This document shows, one piece after another, positions 1 through 13,300 of a stretch of DNA of 64,000 nt. This stretch comes from Eledone cirrhosa (Eukaryota), in the NCBI GenBank assembly GCA_964016885.1, contig OZ024745.1, forward strand, positions 31,062,001 to 31,126,000, given 5' to 3'. The notes beneath the pieces were generated by a model. That model made no database searches, was not told the DNA's origin, and worked only from the letters and a program-made list of their open reading frames with translations. The stretch's first letter is position 1. Each line of letters begins with the position of its first letter. The position numbers and the translations under genes are program-made.

Positions 1-461
1 CTCTGCTGGAGCACATTTGAACTGAGACAAAAATAATATAAACATTAGACGCATATGGTGTAGCAGGTTAGCACTAATCAAACAGAACTAAGATTAAAGG
101 CAGTCTAGTCCAGTCATGACAATCCCTTCTTTTTCTTATGTGCAAAGAAGCCAGGATCACAGTATCAAATATCTTTTTCTATGATTTGAGGGAGATTTGG
201 CTTCTATTTCTAGCAGATTAAGAAATCACATAGATACTACCTAATTTTCTTCATAGAATTAGATACAGTGTGCAAAGAAGAAGGCTGTGCTGGTATGGAA
301 ATTGTTGTTAGAGGCACCTTACCTCAATGGTCAGAGCCCTTGGTCAAAATTTGATAACATATATAGAAGCTGATAGAGAGTTAAAGCTATCTCCATAGAA
401 ACAGGACCCTCAAGTGAGTTGATGTAGCTGCAAGAGATGTATAAGAAAGCAATCTACTTAC

Positions 462-3400
462 TCAGAAACTGAGAATGTTGTACAGTTTGGATGGTATCTA
501 TACATAAGTAAATCACTATTTATTCTCATCACACTCCCTTTTAAATCAAGATGTTTATAGAAAAATATCAGGTCCTCTGGTGTTCCCTAAAAATAAAATT
601 GTAACTAACATAAATAGAGTAATGTTACAATAAATCTCTCATTACTGAAATACAAGAGTAGGCTGAAAAGTTCATAGACTGCCAATGAAGGAATGATGCT
701 AGGGCTGTGAAATCTTGCATACATTAATTTCAACTCTTCTTATTAATAACTGCATTGTTTCTTTCCAGGGACTGGAAAATAAACCTCATTTGTCATTCCA
801 TGAGAATATCTGGTCAGCCTATGAACTTTTCAGCCAACCCTCGTAATCTAAAATTTCTTGATTACCTTTCTTATTTCCATTATGTATTAAATTATAAGAG
901 ATTTTCTGCAGAAATAATAACAAAATCGTTCCCAAATTACACTCTACAATCTTCAAACAGAAATTCATATTGCATAATGTAGTTATCATCATCATCATCA
1001 TCACATGTCCATGTTTCCATGGATTTGATGGTTCTTTTTCAACATAACCCCCTCCACTCATGGCATTTCTTTATCATCTCCTATTAGGTTCAGCATTCTG
1101 AGACCAGCTCTCACATTTCTACCTAAGTCTCCCTTTACTACAGCTTCCTTCCTCCAGGTGGGATCTCTTAGCACTTCTTTACCCAACAGTCATCATCTAT
1201 ATGCAATTGCATGTCCATACCAGCATAGTCTTTTCTTTTGTACACACCAGATTCCTTTTATACCCAGTTTTTTCTCTCAGCTCATCTGTGATTCAGCATA
1301 CATACACATCAACATTACAAATCTAATGAGGTATGCTTGCTTCAAATCTCAAACCTTCATATACCTTCTACAAATACTGGCCATGTCTCACTGCTATGCA
1401 ACATTACATTTCTCATGCAGGCATCATATAATTTACCTTTCATCGATAAAGAGAAGCCCTTTTTTGTCAACAGAAGTAGTTCATTGAATATTTTTCTGGA
1501 TGATGACCAATACACAACAAACAACAAATGTTTTACAAATAAAACAACTAACAACAAACCTTTCCTACTAAAAGCAGGAGTTAATCTTATACCTCGGAGT
1601 GGAACCTTCTAGGTGCAAAACCTCAGAGTCATTTGTAATCAAAATGGGTTTTTAGACTGTCGATCACCAATGAAAAATGCCATTTTTAATACTTATGTAA
1701 AAGATATTGAAAAAAATAAAGAATAATGGCATACCTTTCCATCTTCTGAAAAGCCACCAACTTTATTAAATATTTCTCGGGAGCAAAACCATGTTGGCAT
1801 GGCAATTGTGGGTCCATGGGATGTAAAAATCTATAAACAGTATAAACATAATTAGAGAAAAACACCACGCACAATTAACATTAAACATGTTCTTAATAAG
1901 CCATGAATCTTTATATATATATATAAATATAATATATAAGTGGACTTAAAAACGATAATGATGATGATATATATGTCATAGTGTAGTTGTTGTAAAACAT
2001 ATACTAGTATATTATTATACAAATTGCAAACATTATCTGATATAATCATCTATACCAGTGATTCTCAACCTATGTGCTGCGAGATCTTCGTAAGTGTGTC
2101 GCAAAATTTTGAACGGCACACTAAGAAAATACGAAAAACCACATGATCCCAATTGAGTATTCACAGTCTATGGTGTAACATGGTGTACCACATAGCTTTG
2201 TTCATTTAGGGATGAGCTAAATGTTTCCAAATGTTGCAATGCTAAAAATTCTACATCTTTTATTGTTTCGTTCATTAGTATTGATCATATGAATGGATAT
2301 TGGAAGAATATTGGAAGAAAGAGAAAAATTATCATATCATGCATCTTTTTTTTACTTTTATGGTAGAATCGACCTCTAAAACTGAGACAAATGATATATT
2401 TCTTTTTCATCTAGTCCTAATTTTTGATGAGATATGACCAAAAATGGTTGAAAATAGCATAATTTTCAGAGTTCTTTTGAGAAAATCCAAATAAGCTATG
2501 AAAATGATTTTTACATTTTTAGAATCAGAAAACCAGTCATTGTATGGTAACAGAAGCCTTTTTTTGATATTTGGAAAAAAAAAATTTATCGTCATTAAAA
2601 AAATCACATTTTTTTTTATAAAAGTGACTATAACATTTTTTCAAAGCAGAATTTTAAAAAACTATTATAAGGAAGGTCTCCTCAAAATTTCAAGCAAATC
2701 TATCGAGTAGATTTTCTGGAAAGAGCTTTGAAATTTTGAGAAGAACCCATTTTGAGAAAATTGCCTGTAAAGATTAGAAACACAAATGTCAGCTTCTACT
2801 TCTGTTTCGGAACAATCTATGGATGATTCCGATGATTTAGCTCAGAATTCTCGGGTTCATGCTACTTAATGAGTCCATGTTAGCTTCCCTTTACATATAT
2901 TTTGTTTTGCTTCATCTCTATATGGCATAATTTCCTAATTTTCTGGTGGATTATCCCATTGGAAGAGTGAGTTTGGTTGCCATGTTTACATTGTGATGGG
3001 GGGAGACGTGGTCACATGATGTACAATCAGCAGGCGCCATTCGCAGAGTGTAGCCGAAAAGGAGGCTCGATGTGCATTTGCTATCGAACATAGCAAAAAT
3101 GGCGGATTTACGATGTGTTGTCAGTGCTCAAACATTGATTGCCAGCTAGAAATGGTCTCATAAAACATCAATTTTAGGTAGGAAGACATATTTTTATTGT
3201 TTTGCTGTGTTTGTACACGAAAGAGAAGGTTTTGTGGGACCGAAAGACACTGTCATCTCAATATAGACAATCCTACCCAAAACTGTCATATTGATATTTC
3301 ATGACCCTTCACAATGGATAAATATTTGAAAAGGAAAGATATTAGTGACAAGTCTAAGTCCAGAGGTGGACAACCATCAACCTCTATTGTCAAAAAGAGA

Positions 3401-6400
3401 AACATTCATTGACAATATTGTGAAAATTATTTGAAATTTGGATTTTATTGGTCTGGTGACGTTGACAAACCAAGTCCATCATGCGTAGTGTGCGGTGAAA
3501 CAATGTCAAATGAATCCATGGTACCAAGTAAGTTAGAAAGACATTTTAATTCAAAACATTCATCTCTGAAAGATAAAAAGCCTGATTACTTTCAAAGACT
3601 GTTAGAGCAGAAATCAAAACAGCGAAGTTATTTTGAAAAAATAATGACCGTGTCTGAACGAGCCCAACTAGCGTCAATTCAGGTGACTGAAATAATAGCA
3701 TTAAAATCTAAATCCCACATGCTTGCTGAGTCAGTCATCCTCCCAGCTTGCAAAAAGATGGTAAAATCCATGTTTGGTGAAAAGGCTGAGAAGGAATTGA
3801 ACAATATCCCGCTTTCAAATGATATCGAAAAATATTGAAGACAATGTTCAGAAAAAGCTTAAAAATTCTAATTTTGCTTTAACCGTGGATGAATCCACTG
3901 ACATCAGTAATAACAGTCAATTGCTTGCATTTGTACGTTTTATTGACGAGAATGAAATAATCAATCAATTTTTGTGCTGTAAAGAAATGTCTACAACTAG
4001 AAGAGGCCAAGATATTTTTTGATTTGATAACAGGCTACCTCAAAGAAAGAAATTTGTCTTGGAAGTCCTGTGTTGGCATTTGCACTGATGGAGCACCATA
4101 TATGACAGGCTGTATTACAGGATTTGTATCCTTCGTAGTAAAAGAAAATCCAAATCTCATTTGTACTCATTGCTTTCTACATAGAGAAGTTCTTGTTTCA
4201 AAAATATCGCAGGAAGATTTAAAGGTTGTGTTACATCAAGTTGTTGGAATGGTCAATTATATAAAAAGTAGGCCATTGAAGTCACGATTATTTGAACAAT
4301 TGTGCAAAGAGATGGACTCTCAGCATGTTAAGTTATTAATACACACTGAGGTTCGCTGGCTGTCGTAAGGCAAAGTACTAAATCGTGTTCACAAACTACA
4401 CAAGGAATTACTATCATTTTTTCTCCAGGAAAAGCAGGAGAAATTCTGTGAATACCTTAGTTGCGAATTTTGGATGTCTAAAATGGAATACCTAACAGAA
4501 ATATTTAGTGAACTAAATAAAACAAACAGTAATAGGCAAGGTAAAAACGAAAATATTCTCACTTCAACAGACAAGTTAGTTGCCCTCAAAAAGAAAATTG
4601 TGATTTGGAAAAAAAGAGCAATCACTGGCAATCTTCATATGTTCCCTTTATTGCGTTCTACCTGCATTAGAGAAATGATCCCTATTGTGGTTAGTCATCT
4701 GACAGCCCTAGACGAAAGCATCAACAATTACTTTCCGTCATTAAAGACAGAAAAGTATGATTGGATTAGAGATCCTTTCATAAATCATTCTTCCGACATT
4801 GAACTTGAGTTACAGGAAGAAGAAGAATTGGCCACCCTTTCTGGTGACCAAGGGTTAAAATTAAAACATTCGACTCTGCCCATTAATTCATTTTGGATTT
4901 CAATTCAAGAGGAATATCCCATATTATGTAAAAGAGCTTTAGCAATTTTATTACAATTTTCAACTTCTTATATATGTGAATTAGGCTTCTCAACATTAAA
5001 CAACATCAAAAACAAGAAGCGTTAGAGATTACGTACAACGGAAGAAGAAATGGGGGTGTGTCTGTCTCGTGTTCGACCAAACATTGAGGAAATTATGAAT
5101 AAAAGTCAGACACAAATTTCTCACGAAAGAAGCCACTGCAATAAAGTAAGTTCATAGCTGTGTGTTTCTTTATTTAGTTTGAGTCATTCTATGTGTCTAT
5201 GACTAGTCTATGTCTACGGTTGTATGCCGTCTATGACTAGTCTGTGTCTACGGTTGTATGCTGTCTATGACTAGTCTGTGTCTACGGTTGTATGCCGTCT
5301 ATGACTTGCCTTGTTTTTATTTTGTAAAATTCAAATCATTATCATCGTTTAACGTCCATCTTCCATGCTTGCATGGGTTTGGACGGGAGTTTTCCCACTT
5401 GAGGCAAGAGTGGTTGTCCTGCTCGCATAGGACTGTCGGGCGGGTTTTCTACGGTTGGATGCCCTTCCTAACACCAACCACGTTTACAGTGTGGGGCTGG
5501 GAGGTTTTTACTGTGTTACCTACACGGCCACATTACAGCGTGGACTGTGTGTTTTTTTGTCGTGACACCTACACGACTTCATTTGTTTCGGACTGGATGT
5601 TGTGGAACCAACATAACTTTACATTGAAAGGGGTGGTGTGGATGGGGTGGGGGTAGTGGGACAGGGGTGTATTTTTGTTAGAGGTGCCTACTGACTGTAG
5701 TAGGTTTCACTTTGTACTTAGGTAAGGCGGGTCTTCTGTATTACTGTGTAGCGCCAAAGATCTCAGTCCAGTGACATTGTCTTGGAGAGGTGTAAGTATG
5801 TGAGGTCGGAATTTATCAAGTCGTCCCAGGTTTTTCTGGGTCTACCTACTCCGTGGCTACCGATTATTTTTCATATATATTTAACCAGGTGTGCCGCTAT
5901 TTTTTCATGTATTCCAAGGTGTGCCATTGGCAAACAAAGGGTTGAGAACCACTGATCTATACAAAGAGTAGAGTAAGATAATTTATTTTATATCCATAAA
6001 TGGCAGTTACTTGCAATACAAGTTTCACCAAGTGTGTGATGACAAAGTTATGATCACCCATTAGGTGAAACATGTATTGCAAGTAACTGCCATTTATGGA
6101 TATAAAATAGATTATATATTTGGTAGCAGGAAAATGAGTGTTAAATGTAGAAAATCTCAAATGCAGGAAATAACTGTGAACACATCTTAGTGAATTGGAA
6201 AAAATACGTCTAATGAAAGAAAAAAGTGGCCAGCAGCTAGTACAGGGAATTAAACACTGTATCGCTCAAATTCCAGGTGTGTGTGTGCACACACACAGAG
6301 ACAGAGAGAGAGAAAGATACTGCCTATGATGTTCAATTAATTTTGAAAATAATCAAGAGTTTGAAGGAATTTATTTCTACTTATTTATCTGGTGTTTGGA

Positions 6401-9400
6401 ACATAAGTTAAATGTTTTTTTGGATAAATATAAATACTTCAAAGCAAACAGTTTTGTACCATAGAACCAGGGTCAGCTTCAGAGGATTTGGTAACAATAG
6501 GGTTAACAACCATGAGATCACTGATTTATATTGGACTGTATTACTTCCTTTCTATTAAAACAATTGTGATATGAGTGGAAGAGGTATCGTATAAAGCACT
6601 AAAAGGTGAAGAGAATTAAGGAATACTGTCAGCAGTACCATATTCTTAAAACTGGAACCTTGGAGAAGTATTTAAAAATAAGTTAACATAGATATGTCAG
6701 TTATTAGAAAGAAACAATTATCTGATAAACTGATGAGAAACAGATATTTTATAGTTCTTTACCTGGGTCTGAAGTTGTTCCTCATTTAGTGTGTTTGCCC
6801 ACAATGTATAGCGTTTTGTTGAATCTGATGGTTCTCGGTGAAAACAGCTTCCAATAAGCTAGAATGTAAGAAATAAATATTTTAAAGCATAAACAACAAC
6901 AGATAATATAATACTACAAACTAGCATTGGGGTCCTTGTCATCACCAATGCTGAAAAGAAAATAGCATTGAAATGTCATTATGAAGAACTGCTATATGAG
7001 GAGAATGCATGGTAGGAAGATAGTGTGCCCCAAGCTGACCCAGGTCAGCAGCAGTGTGTAAGTAAAACAATTAAGGATATGAAGACAGGCAAAGCACCTG
7101 GAACATCAGGGATAGTTACTGAGATGCTGAATGTATCTGGGATGGTAGGTCACACCATAACCACTCATATCATAAACCAAGTACTATAGAATGGTGTTAT
7201 ACCCAATGACTGGTGTAGCAGCAGCAGCGTCAACTGCTACAAGGGTAAAGGAGATATACTAGACAGAAGAAATTATAGAGTCATCAAGTTGATGGCCCAG
7301 GTTATGAAAGTTACAGAAAGAGTTATCACACTGCTGATTAGGGACCAAATCAATTTAGATGCAATGTAGTTTGGATATGTGACAGGTAAAAGTTCAACTG
7401 ATGTCCCCTTCCTAACTAAAAGTAAGCCTCTCTACTTGACATTTGTTGATTTAGAGAAAGTATTTGACAGAATCCTCCGTTCCATAATCTAGTAGGCTCT
7501 TAGAAAACTAGGAATATATTAGTGCTTGTAAGGGTGGTACAATTAATGTATAAAGGATCAGTCAGCAAGGTTAGAATTAACAATGATTACAGTGAGGAAT
7601 TTAGCAAGTAAGTAGGGGTCTATCAGGGCTCTGCTCTTATCCCTTTCCTGTTTATTATCATCATGCAGGCTATAACAGAAGACTTTAAGACTGGCTGCCC
7701 ATGGCAACTAATGATCTAACACTCATAGCTGAATCTATGGTATAATTAGAGAAGAAATTCCAGACCTAGAAGCATAGCTTGGAAGCAAAAGCTCTTAAAG
7801 TCAACTTGACAAAACTTAAAGTTCAAGTTAAGTAGAAAGGAAATGGCCTTGCTTGGTGTGCATGAAAGGTGTGGGTAGAAATTCCATCCTATGTCTCAAA
7901 TGCAAACTATGGGTACACAAAATATTGACTCCGAATATTAGCCAACCTCCCCACCTTCATTTGACCATCAAATTTTTGGCCACATGTTCCTCAGCTTATA
8001 TATGAGTATATATGGTAATATGGTAGGATATGTTTATGAAGGAGAGTTAGTTGTTATGTTAAACAAAACAACAGCTAGTTTGGAAGTAAATTTATTCTTT
8101 ACAAGTTCAATTTATTTGGCATTTATTTTAAAATGAGTTTCATACTGATGTCTGTTTTTCAGACCAGATATAGTTTTAGTGAAGATAAGAGAAAAACTTT
8201 CAACATACACATTCTGGATGTTCAAGGACAGCATTGTATTGAGTTTGTATTCGTTCTACACTCATGACATCATCCTGAAAAATATTTTATCATTATTATT
8301 ATTATTTACCTTCCCCTAAAATTGTTGGCATTGTGCCTAAATCAGAAACTATTATTATTATTATTATTATTATTGAAATATGGAATGAAATGAAAGAGTA
8401 TTCATATATAATCAGAGGATATAGAATTGAAAAAAAAATGGAAAATTTACAAAGATTTCACTAGACTGACAGGAATGAATAGTCCATTTCTGCAAGAATA
8501 TCTCATCAGAATCAATCAAATACAAATAATTTACCTTACATTTTTTAAAGTCCCAGTGGGAGAAAAAGAAAGTAAAAATGTAAATAATTGTTTCTACTTT
8601 GGCACAAGGCCAGCAATTATCCCAGTGCATTACTGGTACTTTATTTTATCGACCCCGTAAGGATGAAAGGCAAAGTTAACCTCGGCGGAATTTGAACTCA
8701 GAATGGCAAGGGCCGTAACTCTATGCGTCAAAGCATGGCGTCCGACTCTCTACCGATACTGCCAATCCACCACCCTAAAATGTAAAAATGTAAATAATAT
8801 AGTAGGGAAAACCTTAAAATTTTAGAAGCCTAAAATAGTAATTAAAATTTATAAATGATAAAATATTTACATTCAGTAACTATAAATATTTTACTAATTA
8901 TAATATATCTTTACAAAAGAAAACACACACTAAAATAGAACTATATGTATACTAATGGGAATTATAAAGTCTATTATCACTTAGAAAGTGAAGTTACAAA
9001 AATATTATTAGAATATACTAAAAGGACGTTAAAATTTATGGAAGCATAACACAGTAAAAGATATGGTCCTGTAATTCCTGATGTAGTCGTAGGGGCGCCG
9101 TAGTGACATAGTGTTTCTTGGGCATTTTAAGCCTGGAGGAAGGTTCAAAGCCATCCCTCTCCTGGCCTGACTACAGCAGATTTCTTCCAGAGAAGGATAG
9201 AGAGTAAAAGAATGGGAGTGAGAAAGAGATATAGAGGAAGAACCAACCCCAGTACTAGACTGGTACTTTTTTACTGACATCAAATGAATGAAAAGCAAAG
9301 TTAACCTTGGTGGGATTTGAACTCAGAGAGTAGAGAACCAGAACAAATACTACAAAGCATTCTATCTGATGTTCTAAAGTCTCTGCTAATTCAGTGCTAT

Positions 9401-10312
9401 AGTAATAAATATATCTATAATGAAAATAAAGGTTAAGTAACTAAGAAATTCCAGTAACTTAACTATATCAGTAGGCTGCTGCTGGCACTCAGTTTTAACT
9501 GAGTGAACAGGAGCAATGTGAAATGACATGCTTTACTCAAGAACACAACACACCACCTATTTTATGAATTGAAACAATGACCTTATAATCATGAGCCTAA
9601 CACCCTAACCACTAGGTCACACACTTTCATTTACAAATTATATGCACTTAATTAGAAGGGTTTCTCCCTGCGTACGAAAGGCCGGTTGTATGATGCCTGT
9701 GTGAGGAGCGCGATGCTGCATGGTAGTGAGACATGGGCAGCAACTGCAGAGGATATGCGACGGCTGGAGAGAAATGAGGCAAGCATGCTCCGTTGGATGT
9801 GCAGTGTAAATGTGCGTGAACGACCCAGCATAAATGTGTTGAGAGAGAAACTGTGTCTGAGAGGGATAGAATGTAGTGTACGGGAGAGGAGACTGAGGTG
9901 GTATGGACATGTGATGCGCATGGAGGATGACTGATGGGTGAAGAAGTGCCAGGAAATGCCAGTTGAAGGAAGACGTGGTAGAGGTAGACCACGAAAAACA
10001 TGGGCGGAGGTGGTGAGAACAGACCTCAGATCATTGAAGCTCACGGTGGAGATGACGAGGGACCGTGACGAGTGGAGAGATGCTGTGCTGAATAAGACCC
10101 GTCCCACCCTTGCAAGCAGGGAAAAGCGGACGTAAAATGATGATGATGATGATGATGATGATTAATTAATAAACAAATCTAAATTTATTTAGGTAACATT
10201 ATATATTTTTAAAAAATTATTCTCACTTACTGCATCTAAAAAGCAAAGGAAATCACCACAACTGTTTTCCATTGCTCTGTTTCGAGCAAAACCAACTGCA
10301 AATAATAATAAC

Positions 10313-10351
<39 letters not shown>

Positions 10352-13300
10352 CCTGGGATTCGAAGTGTTACAATTTACCTCGTTTTCACTGACACATGTT
10401 TCATTTTCCCTTCGCTATTAGCACAAAGTCAGTGAAGGGAAAATGAAACATGTGTTAGTGAAAACGAAGTAAATTGTAACACTTCGAATCCCAGGGTTGG
10501 GGCGGAATCACTGGCAACAGAACAAATTAAAGAAAGGATCGAAAAAGTGGAGGGAGTGCATGCTCAAGATGAAACTCCAAATGAAAATAATGAGATCGTA
10601 AATGATAAAGAAATGAATGAGAATGAACTTGCCAACTTGAAGAATGAAATTATGATCGAATGCATGAAAATGAAAGAATCTGACATGGGGAAATGAGTCA
10701 CTCTCCCTAAGATCCAGAACTCCAAACAGAACCAAAAGATAATACACAAGACTAACATAATTCTCAAAAACATTATCATCACAAACAAACTAAACATTAC
10801 TGATTTAAATCATCTCTATTATGCATCGGCTAAAGTCACCACTCACTTATGTGGAGTGAAGATAAAAAAACAAAGGAATTCCCACAAGAAATCTACTTGG
10901 CAAGAGAACATCAATCGCCAAATAAACCTTCTCCGATCTGACAGAAATTTTAACAAACTATAAAGTAGGTGAACATGTTAAACAAACTAAACTTAGAAAA
11001 TTGAAAAGAAAGTATAGTATAAAATCAACAAGTGACATAGACATGCTTATAGAAATAATCAAGCAAAAAGTGTCGGCCAAAGCTGCTCGTATAAGGCACT
11101 TTGAAAAACGATCTAGATTCTATAAGGACAATAATATGTTCAAAAACAACCAAAGAAACTTCTACAGAAAAATTGGTAAGTCAACAATAACTGCTAAATC
11201 AATACCACCCAAGGAGGAAGTGCAAGAATTCTGGGAAAAGATCTGGGCCGAAGAAAAAGTTCATAACATACATGCCCCATGGATAGACAGACAAATGAAA
11301 GATACAGCTCACCTTGAGAAAGACAAAATACAAAATTTTTGGATAAATGCCTTCAGAGTCTCATGAGCTGTTAGCCCAACTTTACAATGAAATGGCTAAG
11401 GAGCCAGAAAAGATACCATCATGGCTAGTTAACGGCATTACATTCCTACTTCCGAAGAATGATGAGACAAACAATCCCAAAAATTACAGACCAATAACTT
11501 GCTTGACCACAATGTATAAAATGTTAACATCAGTTCTAACTGAATATACATATGTTCACCTGATAACAAATGATCTATTTCCCAATGAGCAGAAAGGGTG
11601 TAAACGAGGCTCATATGGTTGTAAGGATCAGCTTTTGGTTAACAAAATGATACTGGAAGATTGTCATAATAGACACAAAAATCTATCAATTGCTTGGATA
11701 GATTACAAAAAAGCATTCGATAGTTTTCCACACAGTTGGATTGAAAAGTGTTTAGAGATTTTTAAAATATCTCCCGTTGTCAGGAGGTTCCTGTCATTCA
11801 GTATGAAGATATAGAAAACGACACTCCTTTTGAATAGTGAAAAAAAATCACTGGAAGCTGGAGAAGTTAATATTAATTGTGGAATTTTTCAGGGTGACTC
11901 TTTATCACTGCTTCTATTCTGCATCGCACTTATACCATTAAGTAAAATGCTCAATGAAACAAAACATGGATATAAAGTCTATGACAAAACCATTAATCAC
12001 TTGTTCCACATGGATGACCTGAAACTATTTGCAAAAAATGATGAGCAATTGCAAGGACTATTATCCACTGTGAAGCAGTTCAGTGATGATATTAAAATGG
12101 AGTTTGGTTTAGATAAATGCACCAAAGCCACGTTCACCAAAGGAAAGCTGCTGGGAAGTTCAGACATTAATCTTGATCAGGGGAATGTGATAAGAGAACT
12201 TGATCACGAGGAAACTTACAAATATCTAGGTGTTTGTGAAGGAGACGGAATCAAGCACTCGACAATGAGGGAAAGGATAAGGAAGGAATGTTACTGCAGA
12301 GTAAGAGCAATCTTAAAAACGGAATTGATTGCAAGGAATAGGATCGATGCCATAAACATACTTGCCATACCAGTAGTAACCTACAGTTTCAATGTCATCA
12401 ACTGGTCAAGCACAGAGATCCGTAGGCTCGATACAAAAATTAGAAAATTCTTAACCATGCACAGAATGCATCACTCTAAGGCAGATACAGATAGAATATA
12501 TCTCCCTAGGAAAGAAGGAGGACGTTGATTAATCCAGTTAGATATTGCTTTGAAAACTGCAACAATTGGATTATCTACATATCTAAGGGAATCACATGAT
12601 TGGATGATCAAACTCGTTTTGAAACATGAAAGCATCAAAAGATCATACTCTATTACAAAAGATGCACAAAGATACAGTAATGAACCACAAATTTCAGAAG
12701 TTCCATTTACTGCTGAAATGAAAAACACAGAAAAAGCAAAGCAGGTTAAAGTAAATGCAAAGAAAGAACTGCTACAGAAACTGGCTAAGAAATGGCAAGA
12801 AAAGCTTCTGTATGGAAAATACCCAGAAAGAGCTAACACTCTTGATGTTGACAAAACTTTAACCCATCAGTGGTTGACATCTTCTGGACTGAAATCGGAG
12901 ACTGAAGGACTGATTATATCAGCACAAGATCAGTGTCTGCCAACAAAAAATTATCAAGCCAACATAATAAAAAAAATGGATGCAACCCATTATGCCGTGT
13001 ATGAAAAATCAACCAGAGACCATTGATAATATAATTTCAATGTGCAGTCCTATAGCTCCAACCGAATACCTAAACAGGCATGACAGAGCTGCACAATACA
13101 TACATTGGATAATGTGTAAGCATTTTGACCTGCCCCATCAAAAGAATTGGGAACATCAACCACCTCCCGTACTTAAAAAAGATCACATCTCAATCTTGTG
13201 GAACTTTAGCATCCAAACAGATCGAAAAATAGATGCAAATAGACCTGATATAATACTGAAGGACTTTAAAAAGAGGGTATGCCTACTAATTGATATGTCT

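Larger units (their letters stand above)
2056..5954 (+). mobile_element. hAT DNA transposon (Buster/Charlie type), full length, transposase disrupted
   Basis: TIRs CAGTGATTCTCAACC / GGTTGAGAACCACTG; perfect 8-bp TSD ATCTATAC (2048-2055, 5955-5962). Transposase ~3314-5125 has a BED finger ([13 protein letters not shown]), DESTD, CTDGA, HCFLH, VRWLS and SYICELGFS, broken by stops and frameshifts. Confidence 0.92.

Noticed and set aside
3314-5125. Domesticated ZBED/SCAND3-like host gene
   Set aside because: Multiple stops and frameshifts, and intact TIRs plus TSD show it is a transposon copy.
10431-10470. Hammerhead in the 10349-10498 hairpin (GAAAC..GTC/GTT)
   Set aside because: No CTGANGA or stem II; the arm is explained as LINE coding sequence.
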